Shown here: one piece after another, positions 49,250 to 61,047 of the stretch | Layout: each line of letters opens with the position of its first letter | How positions within the stretch are numbered: position 1 is the first letter of the stretch | Source of the DNA: Fistulifera solaris | Taxonomy: Eukaryota | NCBI GenBank assembly: GCA_030295235.1 | Contig: AP026139.1 | Location: 62,001-126,000 of the forward strand | Direction: 5' to 3' | Length of the DNA: 64,000 nucleotides | Made by a program: the position numbers and the translations under genes | The notes under the pieces: generated by a model | The model's input: the letters and a program-made list of their open reading frames with translations, nothing else | Database searches by the model: none | Told to the model about the DNA's origin: nothing

Positions 49250-49885
49250 GTTGTTGTTGTTGTTGTTTGTTGTTGTTGTTGTTGTTGTGTGGAATAATCA
49301 ATAATGATACTGTTGGAACTGGAAATAGAAGAAGAAAAAGTAGTTGAAGTAGAAGAAGAAATAAGTGATAAGTGATTGCGCAGTAGAGTTTAGATTGTGG
49401 CTCACGCCTGGGAGGCGGAAAAGTTACGCTGCACGGTACGGAGCAAGAAGTACAAGTACAACGCACTACCAGGTACAGTACCTGGTAGCAGCAGACGGAG
49501 ATAGTCTTACCAGTACTTTGTAGGCTACTTACTAGAGGAGTGATGAGTGTAACGTAAGAAATCCAGCAAACTGTCATACCGGTAGCGCCTGACAATAACT
49601 AGAGAAATAGTATGGTAACCATGTGAATGTGAGGAAAAAATAACGGAACCTGGTGTGTTGCGGCACATCAGCTACATTAGGCAGGCAGCAGGCAGCACAA
49701 CCACTTGCACTTGCACGCAATCGAATATCAAAGTCAACTGTGTATTCATCGATAGATATTGCGTGGTCATGGCAGCCAATGATTTTGTCGTTGATTTAGA
49801 CCTGTTTAAAAATCTCGATCAAGTATTGTTAGCGAACATGTTTTTCCAGAGAAATACAGCGCACGTCACAAAAATGATTGAATAG

Positions 49886-50860
49886 TTTAATTGATTGATG
49901 AGATCCAGCAAAGATTTGAAAGATGTTTCCTGAGACCGTCCTATACTGAGTAAAGCAAGCTCGACGTCATTTAGATACTCCATTACTGAGGGAGTATGGC
50001 CAATCGGAAGGTCAACAATGGAACACTTTGGTCGGTCCTTGGCATTCTTGCATCGCTTGCAGATAGAGAGGGTGCCAACTCCTTTGGGTTTTGTGACTAC
50101 GCTTCTTGGCGATATAGTAAGCTTTGCAATAGCCTTTCTGTCCTTTGAAGAGAGCTTAAACACTCGTTGCGGAGGAACCGAATACTCTTCGTGAAAAAAT
50201 GTCTTGAAGCACCAGGAATATTGGTCTTCTTTTGCCATTCCCTTGATAAAAAAGAATCCTTAGAAATTACGTCGGAGTTGGCTTCGTGGAGAAGAACGTC
50301 GCACACCATAACACGCTTTTATCATTGCGCTTTGCAAATATCCGTCGCTCTCTGTGTGCAACCGTAATGAGGTTCGTACTTTGCACTCCTCTTTGATATC
50401 ATTTAGTCTTCTCTGAGATACCATGATAGGCATTCAATATTACGACGTCAATTTGAATACTTATTGTTTTAGCCTTACAGTGTGCCGCAATGGCGGTGAC
50501 AACTCGTGTCGGGATTTCGTCCTTTGTTGACGTGTGTCGTGCGTCGCAACGTAATAGGCGTCGAGATTAAGTGCAACGGTCCTACAATTTGGCCCTACAA
50601 AGAATACAAGAATAAAAAATTGGCGACCACATCGAGCGACTCTGTATATCAAATACGTGCTCCAGGAGAAGATAATAAAACACATGGGAATTAACGGAAA
50701 CATAATTTGTACTGTTAAAAACTCTATACCTCCTTTGTGTAGACATTTTTATCAATTCATTTTCTCGTCGGTAGTATACTGTGCTATTTTTTAATTTTGA
50801 AATTTTGACTGTGGCATAACCAGAAGCTGGGATGCCTGTAGCGAGGTCATTAGCATACAT
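49886..50860 (-). mobile_element. Degenerate Helitron-like remnant (DUF6570-like N-terminal region); boundaries approximate
   Basis: ICKRCK..PKCSIV..IGHTP..LNDVELALLS..R, then shifted NIFQIFAGSHQSIK; upstream VCDVLL; stops and frameshifts; recognised from memory of Helitron proteins. Confidence 0.6.
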
Positions 50861-51443
50861 TGCGCCAGAGGGTAAGTCCTTAAGTCCTAATTTTTGGCGA
50901 GAAATGGCCCCCCCTCAGACTCCCCCCCAATGTCAAAGCGAAAAGTGGAACTTTTCGGATAGATGAGTGACAAGGTGACAAGGTGACAATTGACAACAGG
51001 AGGATCGCGTTGCAGGCCGGGACTCAATTTGGATCGAGTCGAGTAAAAAGGGCGCCTACTTTGTACTTGTATAGGTTTCAGGAGATATAGTAAATAGAAC
51101 AGTATAGTATCGCGTGGGAAGTCCGTCAGTCGCTCCGCTTACCAGTTCAAGGCTCACGGCGCTTCGTTTTTGTTGATTGTTGTTAGTTGTTTGTTGATTG
51201 TTGATTGTTGATTATTTAATCGTCTTGGATGATTGATCATTCATCAATATCATCAGTATCAATATCATCAACAAAATCCTTCTTTCGACTGCATTCCTTC
51301 CTTCCTTCTCTCTCTGATTTCTCTGAGATCTCTGAGAGAACCAATAGTCAAGAAAGATTGATCTTTTGTCAACTTTTCCTCTTCTTCTTCTCCTCCTCCT
51401 CCTTCTTCTTCTTTATCGTTCGTTCTACAAACTCTTTCACGTC

Positions 51444-51704
51444 ATGACTAATATTCCTCTTCTTACGGTCCACAGCATTTCGTGTCACGATTTGCAAAAA
51501 CCCGCTGGTCCTTTACAAACGGGGATTGGATTTCTCGATCATATGCTCGATCAAATCAACAGTCATGCGCAAATGGGAATTTCTCTCGTGTTGGAAGGTG
51601 ACTTTCACAACAAAAATCGTCACGCGTCTCACGATCCGGTCAAATTCTTGTCGTTGGTGGGCAAGACTGTCGGGACAGCCTTGTTACCCTATGTGACGAA
51701 CCAC

Positions 51705-51737
<33 letters not shown>

Positions 51738-52706
51738 CCAGTTGTCGTCGTTATTACCTCCTTTTCGTGTCCCCTCGATGAAGCCTTGGTGGAATGTCAA
51801 TTATCGTGTGTCGCGCCCGAACAGGCGGGTTGTGAGTATATTCACTTTACACCTCTCGGAAAATATTCACGTACACATTTAGGACAATTAAATGTTGCCC
51901 AATTGGATGTATTTTGGGAAGCACTGGCCCAAGCGGCGCAATTGAAACTCGTTTTTACCAAAGTACGAGGCGACAATGCACATCATATTATTGAAAGTTC
52001 TTTCAAGGCCTTTTCGAGGGCATTGCGCAATTCTATTGATGCCACGGATTTGTACACTGCCGAAAGTCGGAATGCTCAAGCATCTATAGCCTTGCAACGA
52101 CAGGCATCATTGCAACGAAGTACGAAAGAAACGAGTATTGCCGTAGAATTGCAGTTGGATGGAGGTCGTCCGGCCGGCAGTCAGATTTCGACCGGCCTGC
52201 CGACGTTGGATCGATTTTGGACGCGCGTGGCCGATGCGGCACAATTGACATTAAACATTGCCGCGACTGGTGATTTGTGGATTGATGAACATCATACGGC
52301 CGAAGATGTGGCCATTGCGGTAGGACAATGCTTCGATCAAGCGTTGGGTAGTAAAGCTGGATTGAATCGTATGTGGAGTTGTTCAACGAGTGATGACCTC
52401 CTCCAAGTCATTATGGATTTATCGAATCGACCGTGTTTGGTGCACAATCTGCACTGGGAAACGGAATTTGTGGACCCCGCGGGCGACTTGTCTTGTGAAA
52501 TGATGGAACATGTTTTGGAAAGTTGGGTCGTCAATGCCCGCTGGACGGTGCACATTGTGCAAAACAATCCTACTTCTAGTCGTCGTCGTGCGGTGACAGT
52601 GGATGATTTGGCGATGGCTTTGGGTACTGCCGTACGTTATTGTTGCAGTGTCGATGTCCGACGAGCGGGAGCAACCGCATCAAGTAAGGGAACGCTGTCG
52701 GTGTAA
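51444..52706 (+). CDS. HIS3: Imidazoleglycerol-phosphate dehydratase with an internally duplicated IGPD unit
   Basis: TGIGFLDHML, CPLDEAL, GDNAHHIIESSFKAFSRALR; then RSTKETSI, GDLWIDEHHTAEDVAIAVG, MDLSNRP, ASSKGTL. Confidence 0.93.
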
Positions 52707-53243
52707 AGTATAATAAGAAAGGTCACGATGATTTGCAAAGAAAAGGAAGCAGAGAGAGGCTTAAATGAGGAAGGTTGGTTAAAGAATAATCATCAAAGCT
52801 AGCTCGAACGAACGACTTGTTGACGGTCGACGGGGGAAAGAGGACGACAAAGACGAAAACATGAGAATTCGTTTTCATGACACTGCCATAGATATTTATT
52901 TTACTCCTAATTTCCGTAAAGGCATGACTGACTGACTGACTGACTGACTGCTGGTCGCATACTCCTTTGGCTGTCGTGTCGAAAAGATTTTACGGAGTAC
53001 ATTTTTAGCTGTAGCCAATGAATCCCTGTACGACTCCAATTTTGTGAAAGTGCAGGTCTCACAGAATCCGGTGGTGTCAAAAAAACAGGACGGCCAGTAC
53101 AAATATACAAATATACCTGGTAACTCCAGTGGGGCCACAATACAAAGTATATTAAGCGATGAGAAAACATTCCCGAGGAACCAGGTAAACAACAAACAAA
53201 CAAACGACAATAACTCTATTATTACTATTATTATTATCATCGT

Positions 53244-54302
53244 ATGACGCGATTAAAGCATAACATGACAATCCGGCTGTTACTACGGGCCATTTTTGGT
53301 CTTCTTTTCACGATCGCTCAAGGCAACCAGATGGTTCTTCCTACGACTCCTCGTCACAAATTCTCGCGTTCATTGTTACGACAATGGCGACAACGTCGGA
53401 TTACTACACGACGGCGTTTGTCTTCCAAACAGCAACAACAACAATCTCCTTCTCTCAGTCCTATGCTTTCGTTTCGTCGTCCTACGACACAATCCTTGTT
53501 GCAACAGTTGGGCCATCGGATTCCTCTGTCATCAAAATTCAATCATCCAACAGTAGGTATGACGCATCCTTATTTACAAACCGATCTTAAAACCAGTGTC
53601 GTAGCTTCACGAAGTGACTCTTCCTCGTCTTCTTCTTCTTCTGACGACGACGACGACGACGACGACGACAAGGAATGGTGGCCACCAGTATTGGCATCAC
53701 CGCATCATTGGAGAATTTTGCGGTATCGACAAACGGTTGGGCACGGATGGGAGTGTTATACCCAAGTACGGGATGCGGCCTTACAGTGGGACTTTGCGAC
53801 ATTGCATCAAGGTATTTGTACGTTAGTATCATCACCTTCCTCCCACGATTCGACATTGTTGCCCCGACGACGTGCCGAAATTTTCGATCCCTTGCCCGCG
53901 GCATCGTCGTCCGTTCATCAAATCAGTCACGGTCCAGGACGGCGGCTCGTCACGTATTCGCGAATTCCCTTCTTGCGATTTCTGTTTACCATCAATCCAG
54001 TCCAAGTCATTTATGATATTGTTGATCAAAGAGAATATCCGGTCGTGTATTCGGCGACCGCGTACGCGACAGGAGATCGCCATTTCTTGCAGGGAGAAGA
54101 ACGCGTGACAGTCGCGTATCACGAACGTTCGGGTGCGGTGCAAGTGGAAGTTTTGTCGTGTTCCCGACCGCACGGATGGAAGGGACAATGTGTGTGGCCG
54201 TTCTTGACCAAAATACAAGATCAATTCTTTCGACAACAAATGGAAGCTCTTGCGGCAGAGAGTGCCACGGGTCAAGGAGTGAAAAAATCATCATCATTAT
54301 GA
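53244..54302 (+). CDS. DUF1990 (UPF0548)-like protein with signal peptide and long presequence
   Basis: VGHG..Y..VRDAALQW, INPVQVIY, AYATGDRHFLQGEERVTV, EVLSCSRP. Confidence 0.8.
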   Translation: MTRLKHNMTIRLLLRAIFGLLFTIAQGNQMVLPTTPRHKFSRSLLRQWRQRRITTRRRLSSKQQQQQSPSLSPMLSFRRPTTQSLLQQLGHRIPLSSKFNHPTVGMTHPYLQTDLKTSVVASRSDSSSSSSSSDDDDDDDDDKEWWPPVLASPHHWRILRYRQTVGHGWECYTQVRDAALQWDFATLHQGICTLVSSPSSHDSTLLPRRRAEIFDPLPAASSSVHQISHGPGRRLVTYSRIPFLRFLFTINPVQVIYDIVDQREYPVVYSATAYATGDRHFLQGEERVTVAYHERSGAVQVEVLSCSRPHGWKGQCVWPFLTKIQDQFFRQQMEALAAESATGQGVKKSSSL

Positions 54303-54936
54303 GAAAAAAACGAATTCATGAAAGAAGGAGTACCGGACCGGCAACTAAAGAATAATCGACTATGCGCTACTGTGGATTTCTCAACACATCAACACCAAGA
54401 GACGGATCGTAGCCATATGTTACAACTACCTAGAGCAATTCACAAAACAACAGTTGCTGCACACAACAATTCACAGAAACAAAAGCGCTGTCAAAATATG
54501 ATCGGCAACCTAGCCGAACGTGTATTGCTATAAAATCAACATGATAACATAGAACTACAATGGAGCATCAAAAGTATTCCCTTCGTCGGTAGGGCGGAGC
54601 CTTTTGGCTGGTGGCTGTTTTTATTGATAGAGTAGCATGGAGCGTGAAAATTAACCGTTTCCATCCGTCTCAGGTATCACTTGTGGTGTCCGCGGTGGCA
54701 TTTTCGACAAGAATAGCGTTGCTAACTGTTGTTCTACTGTTCTGGTGCATCTCTAAATGAGAAGTCGAATCATCATCTCTTTCAATAGGTGTAGTGTCAT
54801 TCATTCTGCGAAACGCTTTGTAGAACCTGGTCATTGTGGTTGTCACCTTTCAATGTGCTATTAGCATATATTTGAACCAATTCGATGATAGGCACAGACT
54901 CGTCTTCCTTTCTAACGTTTCCGCCATCGGTTTTTG

Positions 54937-56157
54937 TCAGATCACCTTTTTCAATTGATCCATCCTATCAGCGTCATCGAAATGATTCTCCTTCTTTACT
55001 CTTGCCTGTGTTGTCGGGTCGTCTAGTACTATTCTATCCATAACAGAACTGTTGTTCTCAACTTCAATGATGTTACTCTTCGAATCATCCGACACCTTGT
55101 ACAGTTCATGTCGATTTGATTGAAGGCGTTGTTCCAGAATTACTGGATCGCTTGCCGTGGTTGTTGCTTCCGTGATGAACTGGTTTCCATGCAGAGTGTT
55201 ATTTGTTGTGTTGCTCACAGCTTCGATGATCGTGCGACTGTACTCTTCGACTGCGAGGTTATGAGCTTTAACTCCTTTCTTCTCCTGATTGTTGTTACTC
55301 TCCTTGTTTTCAGATACATCTTCTCCTATCACCATGGAAGTCGATGGATTGGATTCCTGCTCTGCATCACTCGTTTCGTTCCTTCCAACAAATGATGCTT
55401 CCACAATGGTATTGCCTGAACTATCCCCCTGCGTGTCCTTATTAATGTTTTCATTGCGGTCCACGAAAGACGTCGTGTTGGTGGCATCCGTAGCGTTCGT
55501 CAGGTCCAGCAGTTCCCCCATCTCTGTAGTTTTGTCGTTGCTCGCGGTCGTGCTGTTATTTGTCGAGTGAATGACAGAATACTGTAATAAAGTACTAGGA
55601 CCATCCTTTTCTGTTTCAGCCGTATGGACATCTCCTCCTCTTTCTTCTATATCGTTGGGTGATAGTGTCGAAGGTAAATGTCGATCCCCGGTGGCTTCGT
55701 CCTTTGCTCGAGACCAAAGAGGAAGGGTGGGTTTTTTGAATGTCAAAGTGAATTGCTTCGTCGGTGCCGATGTAAGAGATAGTGTCTTTGTGGGTGCCGG
55801 TGTGGGCTGTATTGGTTGTCGCAAGAACGAATAGTGTCGCTCATTCTCTTCTTCTTCTTCTTCTTGAGCAGAATCGTGTCGTTGCGTAGGAATCACCGAC
55901 GACTCGGATAATTCTTCCATCACGCGATCGTCTGGCTGTATGGATGTTTGCCAGATTCCGACGCCGAGCAACCAATAACTGATACATAGGCACAATCCTC
56001 CGAAGGCGACTTTGCAAAGTCGACTGCCTCCTCCTCCTCCTCCTCGTTTAGGATGAGTCGAACGACTATCGCGATAAGTCAACGAGGTTGTCGTGTGACG
56101 CGAGCGGGCGATAAAGGGATTGAAAGGACGTCGGTGTTGTTTCTGTGAAGGAGACAT
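54937..56157 (-). CDS. Low-complexity type II membrane protein of unknown function; may extend 3' across a frameshift at ~54950
   Basis: 406-aa ORF, one hydrophobic segment (VAFGGLCLCISYWLLGVGIW), acidic S/T/N-rich region with several NxT/S sequons. Confidence 0.65.
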   Translation of the reverse strand: MSPSQKQHRRPFNPFIARSRHTTTSLTYRDSRSTHPKRGGGGGGSRLCKVAFGGLCLCISYWLLGVGIWQTSIQPDDRVMEELSESSVIPTQRHDSAQEEEEEENERHYSFLRQPIQPTPAPTKTLSLTSAPTKQFTLTFKKPTLPLWSRAKDEATGDRHLPSTLSPNDIEERGGDVHTAETEKDGPSTLLQYSVIHSTNNSTTASNDKTTEMGELLDLTNATDATNTTSFVDRNENINKDTQGDSSGNTIVEASFVGRNETSDAEQESNPSTSMVIGEDVSENKESNNNQEKKGVKAHNLAVEEYSRTIIEAVSNTTNNTLHGNQFITEATTTASDPVILEQRLQSNRHELYKVSDDSKSNIIEVENNSSVMDRIVLDDPTTQARVKKENHFDDADRMDQLKKVI

Positions 56158-56550
56158 TTTGTTGTTTCAATTTGATGGGCAATCGAAGAGCAGAGTAGAC
56201 GATGAGCAGTGAAGAAAATATAAGACAATCAAAACCAACGGCAAAAAACAACGGCAAAAAAAAAAAAAAAAAACTCCCAAATTTTGCGTCATTGCGAAGC
56301 AAGACTTGATGTTCGTGAATCCAACCAAGGTTGTTCAAAAGCCTTTGCGACATCGTCCGGTACTGTGTGAACGATCGGCGGCAAGACCGCTAAAATCAAA
56401 GCCCGCCCGAGAGCCGAAAGATGCAGGAAACAGAATGATGACGAGTTCAGGATATATTATTATAATGGAAGGTTTATACGCCATGAGATCCATTTGTTTT
56501 CGACTAGACTATAATTACCTCCATATCTTGATTCATTTTAATTGTTGAAA

Positions 56551-59500
56551 ATGTCAAATAACGCAACTCGCAAACGCAAAGCCACGCGCAGTGGATTGAA
56601 GCGATTGATGGAATTGGATCATGTAACGGTGCAAGAAACCTTTCAGTTTGCTTCCGCAAATAATGATGATGATGATGATGAAGCCATCGGTCATGGGGCC
56701 TATATTACCGCCGTCGTACACAACAAACGTTATTACGGAGCCATCATGGATCAAACGACCTTACAAGTCGTGGCGCAACAACAAATGCAAGAGGAACACG
56801 ACAGTTTGGCCTTGAATGAACGCATGAAACAGGCGCAAACCTCTCCAACAGCAGACTATGACGATGCCATGCCCCCGAAACCGATTCAAAAGTTTCGCTA
56901 CAAAGATGGATTGCGGTATTTGCTGGCAACGTATACAAATGCGGCCGCTTTGGATGTAAATCGCGAAGAGATTGTCGCAGTTTGTGACAAAGGGGGTGGG
57001 ATGGTGGGGCCGTTCTATTATCATTATGAAGTACGTGTTGGCTCGATTGGCTCTTTCGTACTTTCTTTTTGATTTTTGTATATGATATACTTACACATGC
57101 CTTCATCTCCTCACCTTCTCGTCCTCAGACACCCCTCCATCCTTAAAAGCCTCCAATGGAACTCCCGATACCCTTTATCATCCTTCCGCGGCCTTTCATA
57201 CGTTCTTGCAATCCACTTTATTGCCACCGTGGTTTCCTTTAGCTTCACAAAGAGTGACATTGCCGGGTCTATTGGCTCCCACTATAACCACGAAATCGAC
57301 GGCCGCTCCTTCCGTCCCTCCCGATCTTTCCTTGCGTCCCATGCAACCACGTTCGCACTACAAAATTGTCATTGTGGGAGGAGGCTTGGCGGGATTGTCG
57401 TGTGCGAAACGATTGTTGATTCAAGCCAAGGAACGGGGGATTCCGGTACACGTCACCGTACTGGAAGCACGAGATCGGTGGGGCGGACGGGTGCACACTC
57501 TGCACAGTACAACGAATCATCATGACGAACCTTCGATTCCACTGGATTTGGGTGCGGCATGGATTCATGGTGTCGATCACAATCCATTGACGCATTTGGC
57601 TTCCACATTCAACTTGGAAGTGTGTCGTCCCGTGTCGGAAACGGTACAAATGCTGAATGCCAATGGACAACCGGTCGATAAGACACTCGATGAACACGTC
57701 AATCGACTGTTTGATCAATTGTTGGATGCAGCTGCCGATGATTGTTGGGGAAATCCGGAAGAATCAGAATCAGCCTTTTCATCCAAGCCGTGGCATCCAA
57801 CCGCCGTCCGTTGGTATGCACAAACGTTGCGGCAGTCTACCAATAAGTTGGATATTCCTTTGGTTCCCGTTCCACCGCATCGAGAGTCGAGTGATATTTC
57901 CTTGGATTGGAGTATCGGACGAGCTTTGGTGCAAAAGAAATTGCGGGCGTTTGAAAATTTGTCCGCCGAGGGCCGTTCCTTGTTGCTGTGGCATGTCAAA
58001 AACTTGGAGTACGCACTGGGCGCTAACGTCAGTGACTTGTCTATGCAGTACTGGGATATTGATGATCGAAACGCGTTTGAGGGAGATCATGTCCTTTTGA
58101 AACGTGGATTCGGATCATTGGTGGATGCATTGTTGCACGATCTACAGACGTTGGCTCCCACTCAATTCGAAGGGCGTTTGTCGTGTCCGGTTCAAAAGAT
58201 CGAATACGGACGAAAAACTTCGACGGCACCCATTGTTGCGGTCGCGACGTCCCTGCAACAACATGAACAACCACCGTTGGTGCCCTTGTCGGATACATGT
58301 AGTGTCACTTTGGTCAATGGCGAGACAATGGATTGTGACTTTGTAATTTCGGCCATGCCATTGGGTGTTCTGGAAACAAGCAGTGAAAGCACAGACGGTG
58401 ACAGAGCCCATGATTGATAGTGGCGAAGAGAATACCATTGCGTTCGATCCGCCGTTGCCATTTTCTAAAGAGGACGCTATTTCGAACATGGGATTTGGCT
58501 TGCTGAATAAGTTATACATGCATTTTGATCGGGCTTTTTGGCGTAAATCCTCCACCAAAGATGTTGCCATGTTTGGAAATACCTCTTTGGTCCATCCGCA
58601 GCATTACATGTTCACTGATGTCGGGCACATCTTGTCTCCGACGAGCAACAAGGAGGATGCCCCCGCTGTTCTAGTGTCGCTCATATCCGGACGGGATGCT
58701 GCGTTGTCGGAGATACTTTCTGAAGCTGAAGTAGTAGAGCAAGCCATGGAAGTATTGCGCACTATTTTTGTTACAGATGAGGTACCAAATCCCGCTCACT
58801 TCAAGCTAACTCATTGGGGAAGAGATCCTTATTCAAGAGGTAGCTACACATTCCTGCCACCCGGCACCACGGATCAAGACTTTACAGTGTTGCAATCTCC
58901 TTTGAATCAGAATGGTGATTCTGTCACGCTTTCTAGCGTAGGAGAAACGATGCGCTTATTTTTCTGCGGAGAGCATACTACAGCATTACACCCCAGTCTG
59001 GCACACGGTGCATGGCTGTCAGGTGTGCGAGCTGCCGAGCAAGTCGTGCAAACCATGACAATGGAGTTCGGAAATACTAGCAATTCAACGAATACAGACC
59101 GCTGGATCCCTCTGTCTTTGTATCGACATCACAATCCACAGACAGATTTGAGTTGTCATCTGTGCCACCATAGTGGCACCACTGTAAGGGAAGGAACCCT
59201 GTTAGCCTTCGCACGCGGGACGCGACAAGTGGTTGTCCACAACGCTTGTGCGGAATGGAGTCCGGAAGTAGAAGTAATGGAAGAACAATGGAAGAATGTT
59301 GTGTCCTGTGTTAATCGTGCACAGCGCTTTTTGTGTTCTTTGTGCGAACGTACAGGGGCGAGTATAGGATGCTCGAATGGAACTTGCCATGCTCAATATC
59401 ATTTTCGGTGTGCAGAAGATACCGGATGGCGATTCGAAACGCAGGGTAAAGAATTTATGTGCGGTAGACACCGGAGTGGCAATGACTGTGTACGAGTATC

Positions 59501-60514
59501 TCTTTCTTATTACAAACAGCAGAACCCCTGGGTATCCGATGAGCTTGTTTGCTGTTTGTGCAAGAAAATCCGGGGTGAGATGCTAGCGTTTCAACTCAGC
59601 ACACCATCATGGTCTGCACCGCAATACGCTGTTGCCCATACTACCTGCGTACAACACAGCAATCTGGTGGATTTGGAACTGGATCGCAGTAGTCGATTGG
59701 AGTTCGACTATCGTAAGATTGGTACCTTGCTCGAATCGGCCAGGCCTTGCAGCTTGTGTAAAAATACAGGGGCGACGATTCGATGTCGCCATTGCAATCA
59801 ATGCTATCATTATGAGTGTGCTGTTTCAACCAAATGGAAGTTTAACAAAAACGTTCGTTCTGTTGCCCGGATCATCGAACGAATCGATTTAATATCACCA
59901 ACCCGACCGCCGCCCGTGTTGCCGTTACTTCAGATTCAGAAACACCGGCCTCGTTCTTTCAACACGCTCTCTTCTCTATGAATGACAGCTCACATGCTCA
60001 AGAAGATATCCCGGGGAATCTTGACATTACTAATACACGCTTGGAAGACATTTATGACGATAAAGAAGACGAGGATACGGAAAGTTCTTGGACGAGTGAT
60101 AGCGAAAGCGAATCCGATAAAAGCGAAGGACAGGAAGAAGTTGGAGAGGAGTTGCAAAGGATTGCTGAAGATTCAAACGGCGGCGGGACTCCCGCGCAAA
60201 ACTTGGAATGCAGTGATATTTTGACAGTGCCAGAAGAGGAGGGACAAAGTCACTTGTGTCGTCTACACCGCCAGTCGATTGGCGCTTTGTGGAACGTCGA
60301 CTTTATTGTCACACGCCGCACGGGTTGTGCTTCCTTACTGCAGATTGCTGCTGCGCGCACGGATCCTTTCGACAATTTGCGCGACGGCGACACGGTCTTG
60401 GCCATCAATGGTCTGCGCATTGGCGAGGCAGGATTCGATACGCTCGACCAGATTCTAGCGCGTCTAAGACAGGAAGTGGATACACTGATGGAGGTGCAGC
60501 GAAAGGCATGGTAG
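56551..60514 (+). CDS. LSD1/KDM1-like FAD amine oxidase with two PHD-like fingers and a PDZ-like C-terminus; intron ~57031-57128, frameshifts ~58370 and ~59850
   Basis: IVGGGLAGL..LEARDRWGGRV, DLGAAWIHG, NLEYA, GFGLLNKL, WGRDPYSRGSY, FCGEHT..HGAWLSG; CSLC...GASIGC..YHFRCA; LRDGDTVLAING; intron GTACGT..CTCAG (junction phase off by one). Confidence 0.82.
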
Positions 60515-61047
60515 ACAGTTTTTCAGAGGCATGGGGTGAACAATTTGTGATGTTCAAAAAGTGGCACCGATAGCACTCTGTAGTTTTAGACTGGGTCACC
60601 ATAGTTTTGTGGATTGCTACTCCGCGTTTATTACCACTCGGTAGTCGTTTAAACTGAGGCAGTTCACAATGACGGTTCTTCGTCGTGGAAACGCACCGAA
60701 CAATCATCCGGAATGTACTTCTACCTTCTACCTGGTACAGCGAGCCTTCTACACACTTTGTCAAGTTCCGTGTGTTCGCCTCGAACATTGGAGATTCCTT
60801 CATGTCCATTCCTGTGCCGAATGCGAAACCGACCCATCAAATAATATAGAGTAGAGAGTAGAACGGTTGACGAAAGAGAACGCACGAGAAGAAAGGCAAG
60901 GTTTTGAATCCGAACCCATCGTAGGAATATACAGGCCACAACGATCAGCATCCAATCACCATTCTCACGGATCACAAAAACCAATCAACGATTTTTAAGA
61001 AGACAAGAAAAGGAGAAGAAAAAAAGAACGCAATCCAAAAAGACACC

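Noticed and set aside
49598..49622. ACTAG plus ATGGTAACCAT as a Helitron 3' terminus
   Set aside because: Stem too short with a 1-nt loop; CTAG is common
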